Below are positions 21,235 to 31,459 of a DNA stretch of 64,000 bases, one piece after another. The stretch is from assembly GCA_046292385.1 (NCBI GenBank), contig JBKBRF010000034.1:1-64000 (forward strand). The letters run 5' to 3'. The notes beneath the pieces are model-generated. The model saw nothing but the letters and a program-made list of their open reading frames with translations, had not been told where the DNA came from and made no database searches. The number at the start of each line of letters is the position of its first letter. Position 1 is the first letter of the stretch. Both the position numbers and the translations under genes were made by a program. This stretch comes from Armatimonadota bacterium (GTDB lineage: Bacteria; Armatimonadota; SYMT01).

Positions 21235-21420
21235 ATGCGAAGAGTGTTCGGTGGTTTGATCCTCTTACTGGGCCTGGCGCAGTCAGGCTGGATCGTCTAC
21301 AACCTGTACATCCAGCCACTCCCGGAGACTCGAGGCATCGATCCGCTCCCTGCCTCGCTCCTCGCGGCGGGGATGATTACGGTGGGCGTGAACTGGCTCC
21401 GCGGGAAGACGGCGCGCTAG
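21235..21420 (+). CDS. Small two-TM membrane protein
   Basis: Two hydrophobic segments, GAAGAGG RBS. Confidence 0.5.
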   Translation: MRRVFGGLILLLGLAQSGWIVYNLYIQPLPETRGIDPLPASLLAAGMITVGVNWLRGKTAR

Positions 21421-21433
21421 CCCTGCGATCCGT

Positions 21434-21660
21434 TCACACCAGGACTTTGTATAAGTACGTGGTGCTGCACGGGCCGCCGTCCGGCATCAGCGCGAAGCCG
21501 GGCACCACGCCCACCCGCTGCCAGCCCAACCGCTCGCAGAGCCGCTCCGAGCCGCCACCGGTGACGGCGTCCAGCACCAGTAGCGTGCGTCCCGGCTCTC
21601 GCGCGGCTTTCTCCACGGCGTGCATCAGGAGGGCGCCCACGCTCTGGCGCTGGGCGAAGG
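21434..21660 (-). pseudogene. GNAT acetyltransferase C-terminal fragment
   Basis: QRQSVGALLM..E..AR..GRTLLVLDAVTG..LGWQRVGVVPGFAL; N-terminal half absent. Confidence 0.7.
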
Positions 21661-21974
21661 CGCCTGGCCAGTGAAACGTTCCTCCCTGATTCGAGAATCC
21701 ACGTCCGGATTACTCGATCTCAGGAATGGCAAACCGGACCTCGACCCTACCACCGCGTAGTCATCCGTCGGCTTTGGTCGAAGAGGACGCGCCGGGAGAA
21801 ACGAACGGCGATTGCAGGCGTCCGAGAAGCGAGACCGTGAGAGCGGCGGTCTATGCGGAGGGGAGGCACATCGAGGGTGGTGGAGGCCTACCGTGCGGAT
21901 GCGATGGGCGCGACATCCAGGCTCTACGAGGTCGAGAGCCCCGGCGGACTTCGCTGCCTCTGATGGAAACGGGG

Positions 21975-23132
21975 TCAGTGAACCGCACTATCTCGTGCGG
22001 AACGCGACCACAGCATCAAGCCGTGCACGAACGGCATGGGGTCGTCCCACGATACCGCGGACTTGGCCTCGCATCGTGCCACCCAGAGCAACCACCTAGG
22101 CAGCGGCACCCCCCATTCCTTGGCCGCCGCCAGGTCTCGCCAGATGCGGCACCACCGGACGCCCGCCCGGGCCACCGATGGGGCCTGCCGAGGAAGCCCG
22201 ACCAGGTCCGCGTAGACTAGCGCGGGGAGATTGACGCCGGCGATGGCCCCGGGATGATGCCAGAGATTGAAGCGCGGGTTCACCTCCAGCAGATACAGCC
22301 GCCCGTCCGGACTCCGTTTGAAATCGAGCTTTGCCACCCCGCGGAGGCCCATCCGCTGCACCAGTTCTCGTCCGAGCGACGCCACGTCCGGCAGGTCCGC
22401 GATCTCCAGCGCGGTACTGTGTCCGTACGCCACCGGGCGAGTCCGGATCTTGCGCCCGGTGAACTCACCGACCCGCTTCCCATCCCAATCGACATAGACG
22501 TGATAGCTCTCGACCCGGGTCTCCGGCCCTGGAATCCGCTCCTGCGCCAGAAAGGCCATGCCCGACTCCGCCAGGCGCGGCCACAGCCCTCTGAGCGCTG
22601 CGGGGGTCTCCACTTCCAGTGCTTTGTTCGAGCCGCCGATCTGCTCCCATGATTTCCAGCGGGTCAGCGGCTTGATCATCAGCGGAAACCCAAGGTCTAT
22701 GTCCGTGGGCGTAGATCCCGCCGCGGGTTGGATCTGGCGTGTTCTCGGAACGGGGAGGGCCAGGCGCTCCGCCAGCACCTGGAACCGCGCCTTGTCGACC
22801 AGGTCTTCGACCAGTTCCGCGTCCGCCACCACGAACCGGAAGACTTCTGCCAGGAGGTCCCGGTGGCGCGACAGGAAAAGTAGCTGCGCGTCGCTTTCGT
22901 AGAACAACACCGGTGCGGAGGGCTGCCGCGAACCGTACCGGACGAGCATGGCGGCCAACTCCTCCGGCCGCTCCGAGAAGTCCTCCCAGTCCAGAATAGT
23001 GCGTGCAAAGCGCGAATACCGAGCCGGGCTGCCGCGACCAGCCACGACTGCGCAGGGGATTCCACGAAGGCCGAGTGGGCGCACCAGGTCCATGTCTCCC
23101 ATTACACACGCGATCGGCATTCCGGTGGCCAT
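21975..23132 (-). CDS. ATP-grasp ligase (D-aspartate-ligase/COG3919-like)
   Basis: DKARF, FPLMIKP, QERIPG, KLDFK, LLEVNPRF; start ATG 23132 (23120 also possible). Confidence 0.85.
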   Translation of the reverse strand: MATGMPIACVMGDMDLVRPLGLRGIPCAVVAGRGSPARYSRFARTILDWEDFSERPEELAAMLVRYGSRQPSAPVLFYESDAQLLFLSRHRDLLAEVFRFVVADAELVEDLVDKARFQVLAERLALPVPRTRQIQPAAGSTPTDIDLGFPLMIKPLTRWKSWEQIGGSNKALEVETPAALRGLWPRLAESGMAFLAQERIPGPETRVESYHVYVDWDGKRVGEFTGRKIRTRPVAYGHSTALEIADLPDVASLGRELVQRMGLRGVAKLDFKRSPDGRLYLLEVNPRFNLWHHPGAIAGVNLPALVYADLVGLPRQAPSVARAGVRWCRIWRDLAAAKEWGVPLPRWLLWVARCEAKSAVSWDDPMPFVHGLMLWSRSARDSAVH

Positions 23133-23169
23133 CCGGAGTCTCCGTCGAAGCACGTCCCGTTCCGGAACG

Positions 23170-24405
23170 CTATTCTTTCTGAGCTTCGTCGAGGGATCGG
23201 GGTACCTGGGTCCTACTCGCAGCTCCGAAGCCGAGCAGTGAAGACCATTGCTGCCGGGACATTCGGCCTCGGAACGACTGCTGCCACCGATACCCCTTCT
23301 CCGCCAGGCTGCGAGCCTGGGTGAGCCAGCCGTAGCGACTTCGGATCCACCGGTGTTGGCTCCCATCCAGCTCTGCGCCGAGTCTCGTCTTGAACTCACC
23401 TCGTCCCATGAAGTCGAAGGTGTCACAACCCCGCTCCATGGCTTTTTTCATCACCATCCACGTCATCAGCTCGGTAGGCCGGTACCAGCGGTACTGCGTA
23501 CGGTGAGCCCACATCCAAAGAAGCAGCTCGTGCCCTTCCACCGTGAACGTTCCCGTGGCAATATTCACCTCGTTGCCGCCCTCGTCCGGAAGATAGACGG
23601 AGATCGCCAGCAGGTTGCCCGCTGCCTTCATGTGGCGGAAGTACTCCAACACTCGCTTCTTGTTGAAGGGGATGATGTTTCCACCGCGCAGGAAGACTTC
23701 TTTGAGCTGGTCGTAGTGTTCGTCGACAAAGCTCTCATCTTCCTCAAATCTCGTGATGAGTCCCAGCTTCTCCGCTCGACGAACGTTCCGCCTGGCGCTG
23801 TCCTTCAGCATCTTCATCGCTCTGGCTTCGTCCCCAGGGTACAAAGGCGCCCGATAGGTGAATACGGGATCACCGCGGAAGTGGAAGGCCTTCATTGCCT
23901 CCGCATCGAGCTCGCTGCTGATCATCTCGATATGATGAACTCCGTACCGGTTCTGAAGGAAGGGAACCAGGACCGCTATCATCTCTTCAGTGGAGATGTG
24001 AGATGGATCGAAGACAGGACCCATGCTCGCCGTTTGCCATCCTGGAAGGGGCGATCCAAAAACCCGAAAGAAACCGACCGAAACCAGGAGCCCCGGCAAG
24101 CAGCTAACGATCTTCCCATTCTTCTCGAAGACGAGGTGGATCGGGGTGCCCAGCCCACAAGCTTCCAGTGACCACAGCCATGCCGTTTTGTGGGTTACTC
24201 TGCAATTACAAAACGACGATACGAGCTCATCCCAGATGAGCAGCTCACGGTCGGAAGCACATCTGACTTCCACACGGTTACAGCTCGAGACCTCTGATCT
24301 ATACCCACATGATTTCACGTACTCTCTCCCGAATGGGACACCCTGGTGAAGCACGAAGAGGCAAAAACAACACGCTGAGTATTCCGGCATCACAGCAACC
24401 GACAC
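23170..24405 (-). CDS. GNAT/FemAB-like (CelD/BcsL type) acyltransferase
   Basis: RRNVRRAEKLG, FDFMGRGEFK; visibly lower GC than flanks; start uncertain. Confidence 0.75.
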   Translation of the reverse strand: MSVAVMPEYSACCFCLFVLHQGVPFGREYVKSCGYRSEVSSCNRVEVRCASDRELLIWDELVSSFCNCRVTHKTAWLWSLEACGLGTPIHLVFEKNGKIVSCLPGLLVSVGFFRVFGSPLPGWQTASMGPVFDPSHISTEEMIAVLVPFLQNRYGVHHIEMISSELDAEAMKAFHFRGDPVFTYRAPLYPGDEARAMKMLKDSARRNVRRAEKLGLITRFEEDESFVDEHYDQLKEVFLRGGNIIPFNKKRVLEYFRHMKAAGNLLAISVYLPDEGGNEVNIATGTFTVEGHELLLWMWAHRTQYRWYRPTELMTWMVMKKAMERGCDTFDFMGRGEFKTRLGAELDGSQHRWIRSRYGWLTQARSLAEKGYRWQQSFRGRMSRQQWSSLLGFGAASRTQVPRSLDEAQKE

Positions 24406-24849
24406 CCTTAAATTTACAGATTCTATTGACCGGTACCTTTACCTTTGCATGCTTGCATATCCAGCAACTCACGTCTACTCGGTCGTTGACCCGACTGGCT
24501 AGCCCATGCCTTTCGGATCAGGAATCTCTTACAACGATGACCTGCCGCACTTCATGTTTCGACTCCGAAAGATGCTGAAATCGGGCTCCGCATTCATCTC
24601 AGCCGTGACTCTACGAGAGGTGAGTGTTGCGAAGGCGGTGGGGGCAGCACGGAGCGGAGAAACCCGACGAGGGCACGGAGAGCTGCGACCAGCGGCTTAC
24701 GGCGAAACTGGAGCAGAACTGCCGTGATCACTGCCCGTTTCCCGGTGGAGCCCGCGGCCGGGCGCCGGATGAGGGGGAGCCGAGATCGCCGTCGGGCTCG
24801 CGGTCGTCATGCGTGCGGCCTTACCCGGGTGCGAGCGTGAGAGCGGAAG

Positions 24850-25099
24850 CTGCCCGCACGCCGGATACCGAAGTAGAGGTAGCCCTGGCGGTCACCGCCT
24901 GGCGGTGGGGTCGGGTCCACTGGCCGGGCTGCGAGCCGGGGCTACCGGCGGCGATAAGGAACTTCCCCTCGGAGGTGAAGCACTGCACCCGATCGTTGAG
25001 GCTGCTCACCCACACGCGCTCGGCACGGTCTATCGCGACCCCGACCGGACCGAAGGAGCGCTCGGAGTAGGTGCAGGAGGGCTTACCCGCTCGCTCCAA
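24850..25099 (-). pseudogene. NHL-repeat protein fragment
   Basis: FGPVGVAIDRAERVWVSSLNDRVQCFTSEGKFL..GSPGSQPGQWTRPH; no intact gene. Confidence 0.6.
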
Positions 25100-25143
25100 C
25101 GTTTTGATGAGTCTGGAGACGAACGAGCTGGAGCCCTGCGCAG

Positions 25144-25345
25144 ATGATGCACCTGAGGCCGATCACGCCTGATCTGGCGGAGTCCTTGCGAGCGGTCCGG
25201 CTGCGCGCCCTGCAGGACACGCCGACCGCCTTCGGCTCCACCTACGCCCGGGAGGCACAGCTTACCGATGCGGAGTGGGAGCAGCGGGCGGCGCGATGGA
25301 ACGGAGAGGATGCGGTGGGGTACCTGGCGCGGTCGAATACTGACC
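25144..25345 (+). pseudogene. GNAT acetyltransferase N-terminal fragment
   Basis: LRAVRLRALQDTPTAFGSTYAREAQL..EW; similarity is lost before the acetyl-CoA motif. Confidence 0.6.
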
Positions 25346-25403
25346 GATCTGGACCACGTGGTACGATTCCTGAACGCAACGGAGTACACGAAAGGGGAGG
25401 GCA

Positions 25404-25895
25404 ATGGGCTGTAGAGGCGTGTTCTTCGCGCTGTCGCCGGCGCAGGCGGAGCGGCTCCTGGCTGCAAGCTCCGGCGAAGAGGTCCTCGAGATCGTTCAGG
25501 AAGAGCTCGAGGAGCGCTGGGATGAGGAGTGGCTGCAGGAGACGGACCAAGCGTGGGACGCGATCCACCGCTGCCTGACCGACGGCACCCTGAGCTTCGC
25601 CCCACTTTCGACGCTGCACCAGTGTGTCCTCGGCGGACGCCAGCTCTATGACGGCGACGACTACATCGTTTCGTTCCTCTCTCCTGCCGAAGTGAAGGAA
25701 GTGGCCGCAGCGATCCAGGGCCTGGACCGGCAGTGGCTGCGCGGGAAGTACTTCCGGATCGACCCGGACGATTACGGCCTGCTTCCCGACCACGAGGACT
25801 TCGACTACACGTGGGAGTGGTTCCAGGGAGTGCAGGCGTTCTACCAGAAGGTCGCGGCGGGTGACCGTCCGGTAATCTTCACCGCCGATCAATAA
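25404..25895 (+). CDS. YfbM/DUF1877 family protein
   Basis: MGCRG, DQAWDAIHRCL, VLGG, LSPAEVKEVA, FYQKVA; GGGGAGG RBS. Confidence 0.85.
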   Translation: MGCRGVFFALSPAQAERLLAASSGEEVLEIVQEELEERWDEEWLQETDQAWDAIHRCLTDGTLSFAPLSTLHQCVLGGRQLYDGDDYIVSFLSPAEVKEVAAAIQGLDRQWLRGKYFRIDPDDYGLLPDHEDFDYTWEWFQGVQAFYQKVAAGDRPVIFTADQ

Positions 25896-26062
25896 CCCGC
25901 CGGGCACCGGGCCTGACGAAGCGGCGCTTCGTCTCGGCAGGAGGCGGATGGTCGGCCAGCCCCCCGCCGTTGAAAGCGCCATCCGAGTCCGGGTACCAGC
26001 GCGCGGGCGCGACGGCGCGCTGAGCGGAGCGAGCGGCCGACCTGGGAAAGAGTGGAGTACTG

Positions 26063-26574
26063 ATGCGGCAGGTCCCTCGAGAAGCGCTGCCAGGCAGACG
26101 TTTCGCCGTTCAGGTGCTCGGTCGCGCCGACACCCTGCGCCTGGAAGTGGGGGTCCCGCATCTAGTGATCTCCATCTCGGAGCCGGGCGTGCCGCTCGTG
26201 CGATATCCCGAGTCGGAGCATCGCCTCGGGCTGCTGCGCCTCTGCTTTCACGATACGGATCGGGACGGGACCGCCCGCCACGCGTTCTCCGAAGAGCAGG
26301 CCCGCAACATCGTCGATTTCGTCAACCAGCACCGAGACGAGGTACTGCTCATCATATGCCAGTGCGAGGGGGGATCTCCCGCTCGGCCGGAATCGCCGCC
26401 GCGCTGGCGGAGTGGCTCGGCGAGGCATCGGATCCGATCTTCCGTTACTACCGCCCCAATCGCCTGGTCTACGAGCGCTTGCTCGCCGCGGCGCGCCGCT
26501 TCGCCGCAGAGGGCTCAGGCGACGTACCGGCAGAACCGGGCGCAGCAGGAGCCGCGGGCACGGATAAGCCGTAA
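26063..26574 (+). pseudogene. Predicted CX5R protein phosphatase, frameshifted in G-run 26368-26373
   Basis: VISISEP, LCFHD, IICQCEGG then next frame ISRSAGIAAAL..PNRLVY; 6 G where 7 restore the frame. Confidence 0.8.
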
Positions 26575-26721
26575 GGACGAGCAATGGTCGACCGGACCTG
26601 GACGGGCCGGCGGACTGAAGGCGTCCCTGGGAGCGGTTTTGCACCGTAAGCGCCAGGCGCGGCGCGGTGGGTGGACCCGCCTGGGTGGCCTGCCGAGCCA
26701 CCCAGGGGGCGTAAGGCCGTC

Positions 26722-27384
26722 TCAAGGGCCGTTTCCCGACCGCACTTCCAGGTAACCATCCGCGGTGGAGGAGAGGGACGCTCCGGAGGCCGGCCCTAAC
26801 GTCTCCGGGCTCCAATCCGCGAGGACAAACACTCCCATAGCCGTGGCGGTTCGTGAGAAGCCCACGGTCCGGTAACGAAAGAGATACCCATCGCCGACGA
26901 AGCCGGACTGCTCCGTAGAGCGAGACCGGTCGCCGGCTCCCTTCCAGTGGAGATCGAGCGCAAGCGGGAAGTAGCTGCCGGACGAGAAGTCATAGAGCCG
27001 GACGGTAGTCCTGAGACTCGCCTGGCTCAAGCTGCGGTCGATCTGAAAGGAGCCTCCCGCCAGCTCCGTCGCGGCAAAGCCGTCCAGCCAGCGGAAGCCG
27101 GTCTGCGGATCGGTCTTCATCACCTGGACCCACAGGCTGGTAGTCGGCTCGGGCCGTGCCGCCCCCACTTGCCGCCGGCCGTCCAACGCGAAGAGGTTCA
27201 CCTCCGTCCAGCTCTCCGTCGACGGATCGTAGCCGGTGAAGCTGGCTTCGGCTGCCAGTCCGCTGAATCGCGAGTGGAAGACCGACGACTGCGCCGGGAG
27301 GGGGGAAGGGGTGGTGAGGACCCCGAGTGCGAAGGCGCCGGCGAGGAAAACGCGGTGCCACTTGCGGCAAGATTGTCTGCCCAT
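26722..27384 (-). CDS. Secreted hypothetical protein (beta-rich)
   Basis: N-terminal signal-like segment, AGGAG RBS, no recognised domain. Confidence 0.6.
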   Translation of the reverse strand: MGRQSCRKWHRVFLAGAFALGVLTTPSPLPAQSSVFHSRFSGLAAEASFTGYDPSTESWTEVNLFALDGRRQVGAARPEPTTSLWVQVMKTDPQTGFRWLDGFAATELAGGSFQIDRSLSQASLRTTVRLYDFSSGSYFPLALDLHWKGAGDRSRSTEQSGFVGDGYLFRYRTVGFSRTATAMGVFVLADWSPETLGPASGASLSSTADGYLEVRSGNGP

Positions 27385-27903
27385 CCTGTCTCCTACTGAT
27401 CACACTTCCAGAGACGGTCCGAGCGGTGACGACGGTCACCCTACCGTTACCCCAGAGGGTGCCCGGCGGCAGGGGATTCTGTAACCAGAATTGAGGGAGC
27501 CTTCGCACCTCGCTCGCGACACGGTCATCCCGTCGCGCGCAGAGGCCGCGCTCGCCGCGCGGCGGCCGGAAAGCGGATCGTAGAGGTGTAGAAGTCGGAA
27601 GTGCTCTGCATCCTCCGCCGGTGCTGATCTCGCGCACGGCGACCTGCCGAGGGCGGAGGCCGTCTCGGGCCTGAAACGACCTCCCTGCCGGGTTAACGCC
27701 AGCTCCGGCCAGCCGTTAGCCCCCAGCCCGCGTCTGCCCAGGTTGGCGGGGCACTTGCCACTTACCGCTGGCTAAATCACTTGATACCCAGGAAGCCCCA
27801 CGCGACACACACGGGCGAGTTTACCGCTGGACCCCTCCGGCAAGAGTCCCCATATAAGGCTCGCCCATCTCTACGGATGGGCTCCTGATGAACCGAGGAC
27901 AAG

Positions 27904-28599
27904 ATGAGACTCCGTATTGCCGGAATAGCAAGTGCCCTCGTGATGGGCGTTTCGATATTGGGTGCTGCCCTGGTGAGTCAGCCGGCGGAGGCGCAGACCT
28001 TCCGCGGCAGTGGCTCCATGGGTGGCAGGGGCGGCTTCTCCCGCGGCGGCTTTGGTGGGGGCAGCAGGTCGAGCTTCCGCACGGGGAACTTCGACAGTGG
28101 CAGGGCTCCGATCTTTTCGGACCGGGGCTTGAACCGTCCATTTTCCGTAAACCGAGGCTTCAACGATCCATTCTTCTTCAACCGGAGCGTCAATGATCCA
28201 TTCTTCAACCGGGGCTTCAATGACCCGTTCTTCGTGAACCGGGGGTTCAGCGGCCCGTTCTTCGTCGACCAGGGGTTCAATCGCCCGTTCTTCATTGGCG
28301 GGGGCTTCAGCAACCCGTTCCTCGTGAACCAGGGGTTCAGCGGCCCGTTCTTTATCGACCGGGACTTCAATCGCCCGTTCTTTATCGACCGAGGTTTCAA
28401 CCGCCCGTTCTTCATCGACCGGGACCACTTCGGGCGCTTCCATCGCCGGGACTTCGATCGGGACGACTTCCGGCGCTGGCACCGGATGAATGACTGGGAC
28501 CGGAACGACTTCCGGCGCTGGCAGCGGACGAATGATTGGGACCGGGACGGTGTGCCGAACAACTGGGATCGCTTCCCACGCGACCGCCGCCGCGACTAA
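27904..28599 (+). CDS. Secreted Gly/Arg/Phe-rich repeat protein
   Basis: Signal peptide ending AEA-Q, RGG-rich segment, ten about 10-aa NRGFNxPFFx repeats, C-terminal DWDRDGVPN; GAGG RBS. Confidence 0.75.
   Translation: MRLRIAGIASALVMGVSILGAALVSQPAEAQTFRGSGSMGGRGGFSRGGFGGGSRSSFRTGNFDSGRAPIFSDRGLNRPFSVNRGFNDPFFFNRSVNDPFFNRGFNDPFFVNRGFSGPFFVDQGFNRPFFIGGGFSNPFLVNQGFSGPFFIDRDFNRPFFIDRGFNRPFFIDRDHFGRFHRRDFDRDDFRRWHRMNDWDRNDFRRWQRTNDWDRDGVPNNWDRFPRDRRRD
28120..28416 (+). repeat. About 30-bp coding tandem repeat, 10 units
   Basis: Degenerate units such as AACCGAGGCTTCAACGATCCATTCTTCTTC. Confidence 0.85.
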
Positions 28600-28870
28600 A
28601 CCCGACCCATGGCGACCAGAGAGAGCTCCGGAGCCCGGGGCTCTCTCTGCCCCCGGCCCGCAGCCGATCCCTCCGCCACGCCCACCCAGGTGCTCCGAAC
28701 CTCTGGCTGAAGACAGCGTCGGGGCTCTGCCTCCGGTTCCGACACTGACGGAGAGTGGGGCGGAGGTTGGAAGCGCCCACCACGAGACTGTAGGATGACT
28801 GGTAGGGTGTAACCCATCTGCCCGGTCCAAGTCGTTACCTATCTACCCGTTCGTTCTGGGGAGGGGCGCC

Positions 28871-29260
28871 CTGATACCGCCGATCCCTCGGGACGCGCTG
28901 CGGGGCGAGCGCACGGCCTGCCAGATACTCGGAAGAGCCGAGACGCTGCGCCTGGAGGTGGGAGTCAGGAGTCGGAGTACGGCGCGGGGCTCCTGTGGCT
29001 GTGCTCTCACGACACGACTCTGGATGGGACGGACCGGAAGGCGTTCTCCGAGGGATAGGGCCGCCGTATCGTAGAACTCGCGCGCCAGCACCCGGAGGCG
29101 GTGCGGCTCATCATCTGCCAGTGCGATGGGTATCGCGTTCAGCGGGATTGGCGGCCGCGCTGGCGGAGTGGCTCGGCCGGACTTCCGAGGAGATCTTCCG
29201 GCACCACCGCCCGAACCGCCTGGTCTACGAGCGCCTACTCGCCGCAACGGAGCGACTCGA
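28871..29260 (+). pseudogene. Degraded second copy of the CX5R phosphatase
   Basis: IPRDAL..QILGRAETLRLEVGV, AFSEG*, LIICQCDG, SRSAGLAAALAEWLG, RPNRLVYERLLAA; internal deletion, stop and frameshift. Confidence 0.8.
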
Positions 29261-29382
29261 AGCAGCGAGACCGCAGGCGACGCCTTCCTCGGGGGAGAAC
29301 GGTTTCGGGAGCGAAGAGGCCGAGGGCGAACGGGGAGTTGATAGAAAAGTATCAGGCCGACGCCCTCGTCGGAGAGAGAGAC

Positions 29383-29601
29383 ATGACCCGACTACTCGAG
29401 CAGGCGATCCAAGAGGTGCGGGGGCTCCCCGCCAGTGAGCAGGACGAGATTGCCGCCGTCATCCTGAAGGAGTTGGAAGACGAGCGACTCTGGCAGGACG
29501 CGTTCGAGAGATCCCAAGACCAGCTTTCCCTATTGGCTCAAGAAGCGCTAGCCGAGCATCGCGCTGGGGTGACGCGGGAGCTTGAGCCGGACGAGCTATG
29601 A
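29383..29601 (+). CDS. Putative type II antitoxin
   Basis: MTRLLEQA..LP..EQDEIA..IL.EL.DE..W; ATGA overlap with toxin. Confidence 0.75.
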   Translation: MTRLLEQAIQEVRGLPASEQDEIAAVILKELEDERLWQDAFERSQDQLSLLAQEALAEHRAGVTRELEPDEL

Positions 29602-29867
29602 CCTCCCGCACCACCGAGCGGTTCCGGCGAGCGTTTGGCCGCCTCCCGACGGATGTGCAAGAGCAGGCACGCGCTGCATACCGGCTTTTCCGACAGGATC
29701 CATTCCACCCTGGCCTGCGCTTCAAGAGGGTCCACGACAGCGAACTTATCTACTCGGCGCGGGTCGGATTACACTATCGGGCGCTTTGCGTCCTCGACAC
29801 TGATACGGCAACCTGGTTCTGGATCGGCCCTCACGCCGACTATGATCACCTGATCCGCCACCTCTGA
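29598..29867 (+). CDS. RelE/ParE-superfamily toxin
   Basis: F..LP..VQ, HPGLRFKRV, YSARVG..YRAL, WFWIGPHADYD. Confidence 0.8.
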   Translation: MTSRTTERFRRAFGRLPTDVQEQARAAYRLFRQDPFHPGLRFKRVHDSELIYSARVGLHYRALCVLDTDTATWFWIGPHADYDHLIRHL

Positions 29868-29921
29868 CCTCGATCGGGTAAACCTGGGGTGTCGTCCGTG
29901 AAGTGCGGGATTACAAGCCAG

Positions 29922-30626
29922 ATGCTTACGAAGCAGATCACCCTGGAGGAAATGCGGGATCTTCCTCTGCCCAGCGCGGCTCAATTGGCACGATTTGTCG
30001 AGCACCTGAAGAACGTACACAGCTGGTATAAGCACCTCCCGCTGCTTGACGGAGATGCCTTCTACGTATTCCTGGCTCCCGACGCCGGCGAGTGCTATCC
30101 CACTCAGCACCCGCCATTGCCCTTCGGGAATGACGCTGAAGGTTACCGGCGGGCCTTTGGGCATCTCGACTACATGTGGGAGTCGGATGGCTACTGGTTG
30201 CGGGATGGGGGACCCCCAAAACGGCTACCGACGCAGGTGGAGGATGAGTGCCGTTTCGTGCTCTTCCCCTACGTGTCGTACGGTTTCGAGTGGAGCATGC
30301 ACGAAAAAGCGCTCTCCGTTCTCCACCAGCGGCCGGGCAGCGAGCTGAGACAACGTCTCCTCGACTGGGAAGCCGCCGATCACAGAGCTGACGAGGTGTG
30401 GCAGCGCCTCCCTGAGACCGAGCGCGATGAGCTCTGCGGACACGACGAACCTTCCGAGAGTCCGGTCACGGCGGGCCAGTTGGAGTACTTGACTCTGAGG
30501 GGGTGGGCGGGCGCGATTCACGAATCGCTGCATATGCAAGAGGAGTCGAAGATCTGGCGCGCCTTGACGAAGCTCCAGGAGATCCTCCGGCCCCGCAGTA
30601 CAGGATCGGATATGGAGCTTGAATGA
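29922..30626 (+). CDS. Hypothetical protein
   Basis: Open frame with protein-like composition (HSWYKHLP); start uncertain. Confidence 0.55.
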   Translation: MLTKQITLEEMRDLPLPSAAQLARFVEHLKNVHSWYKHLPLLDGDAFYVFLAPDAGECYPTQHPPLPFGNDAEGYRRAFGHLDYMWESDGYWLRDGGPPKRLPTQVEDECRFVLFPYVSYGFEWSMHEKALSVLHQRPGSELRQRLLDWEAADHRADEVWQRLPETERDELCGHDEPSESPVTAGQLEYLTLRGWAGAIHESLHMQEESKIWRALTKLQEILRPRSTGSDMELE

Positions 30627-30724
30627 GCCTGCCATACGCAGGCTGCCGTGCGGCTGATCTTGACCTAATCTGACCTGCGATATCTGAAGTCGCCGTTTCC
30701 TGACTGACCCGGACAGAGAGCAAC

Positions 30725-31459
30725 ATGCCTTCCAATGATCAGCTCGAAGTTTGTGCCTTCAACGTTCAATCCTGCGTCATTGCCCAGCGCGCCGGGGCGG
30801 CGCGGATCGAGCTGTGCGACAACCCGATCGAAGGGGGCACCACGCCGAGCTACGGCACCGTGAGGCGGGCGCGGGAGCGAGTCGACATCGCGCTCTACCC
30901 GATCATCCGACCGCGCTCGGGGAACTACTTCTACGACGAGGACGAGCTCGAGATCATCCGGCGGGACATCGAGGCGTGCAAGGAGCTCGGCTGCAATGGC
31001 ATCTCGGTCGGGGTCGCGACGATCGACGCGGAGATCGATACGGAGCGGCTGAAGCGGATCGTCGAGTGGGCCACGCCGATGGGCGTTACCTGCAACCGGG
31101 TTTTCGACGGCGCGCCGGATCTCTTCCAGGCGCTGGAAGAGGTGATCCGCTGCGGCTGCGAGAGGGTGCTCACCTCCGGAGGCAAGAGCAGCGCTCCCGA
31201 GGCGGGTGAGATTCTCGCCCGATTGGTGCAGCAGGCCGGCGATCGCATCAGCGTGATGCCGGGTGCCGGCGTCAAGAGCAGCAACCTGGCGAGGCTGCGC
31301 CGGGAGTGCGGCGCCCGCGAGTACCATGCTTCGGCGCGCACGATTGCTCCCAACCCGCTGACGTACGTCAATACGCAGGTCAGCGACTATGGCAATGTGT
31401 ACCTGGCGGACGAGGAAGAGGTGCGGCGGATGGTCGAGATCCTCTCGGAGGCGGCGTAG
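30725..31459 (+). CDS. cutC: Copper homeostasis protein CutC
   Basis: RIELC, GGTTPSYG, IRPRSGNY, RVLTSG, MPGAGV. Confidence 0.93.
   Translation: MPSNDQLEVCAFNVQSCVIAQRAGAARIELCDNPIEGGTTPSYGTVRRARERVDIALYPIIRPRSGNYFYDEDELEIIRRDIEACKELGCNGISVGVATIDAEIDTERLKRIVEWATPMGVTCNRVFDGAPDLFQALEEVIRCGCERVLTSGGKSSAPEAGEILARLVQQAGDRISVMPGAGVKSSNLARLRRECGAREYHASARTIAPNPLTYVNTQVSDYGNVYLADEEEVRRMVEILSEAA

Noticed and set aside
28120..28416. About 30-bp periodic repeats as a CRISPR array
   Set aside because: Units are contiguous with no unique spacers, vary at synonymous positions, lie in a signal-peptide ORF, and no cas genes are present
27871..28830. Antisense ORFs 27871-28830 and 27978-28562 with repeats
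   Set aside because: Shadows of the + strand repeat gene, which has the RBS and signal peptide
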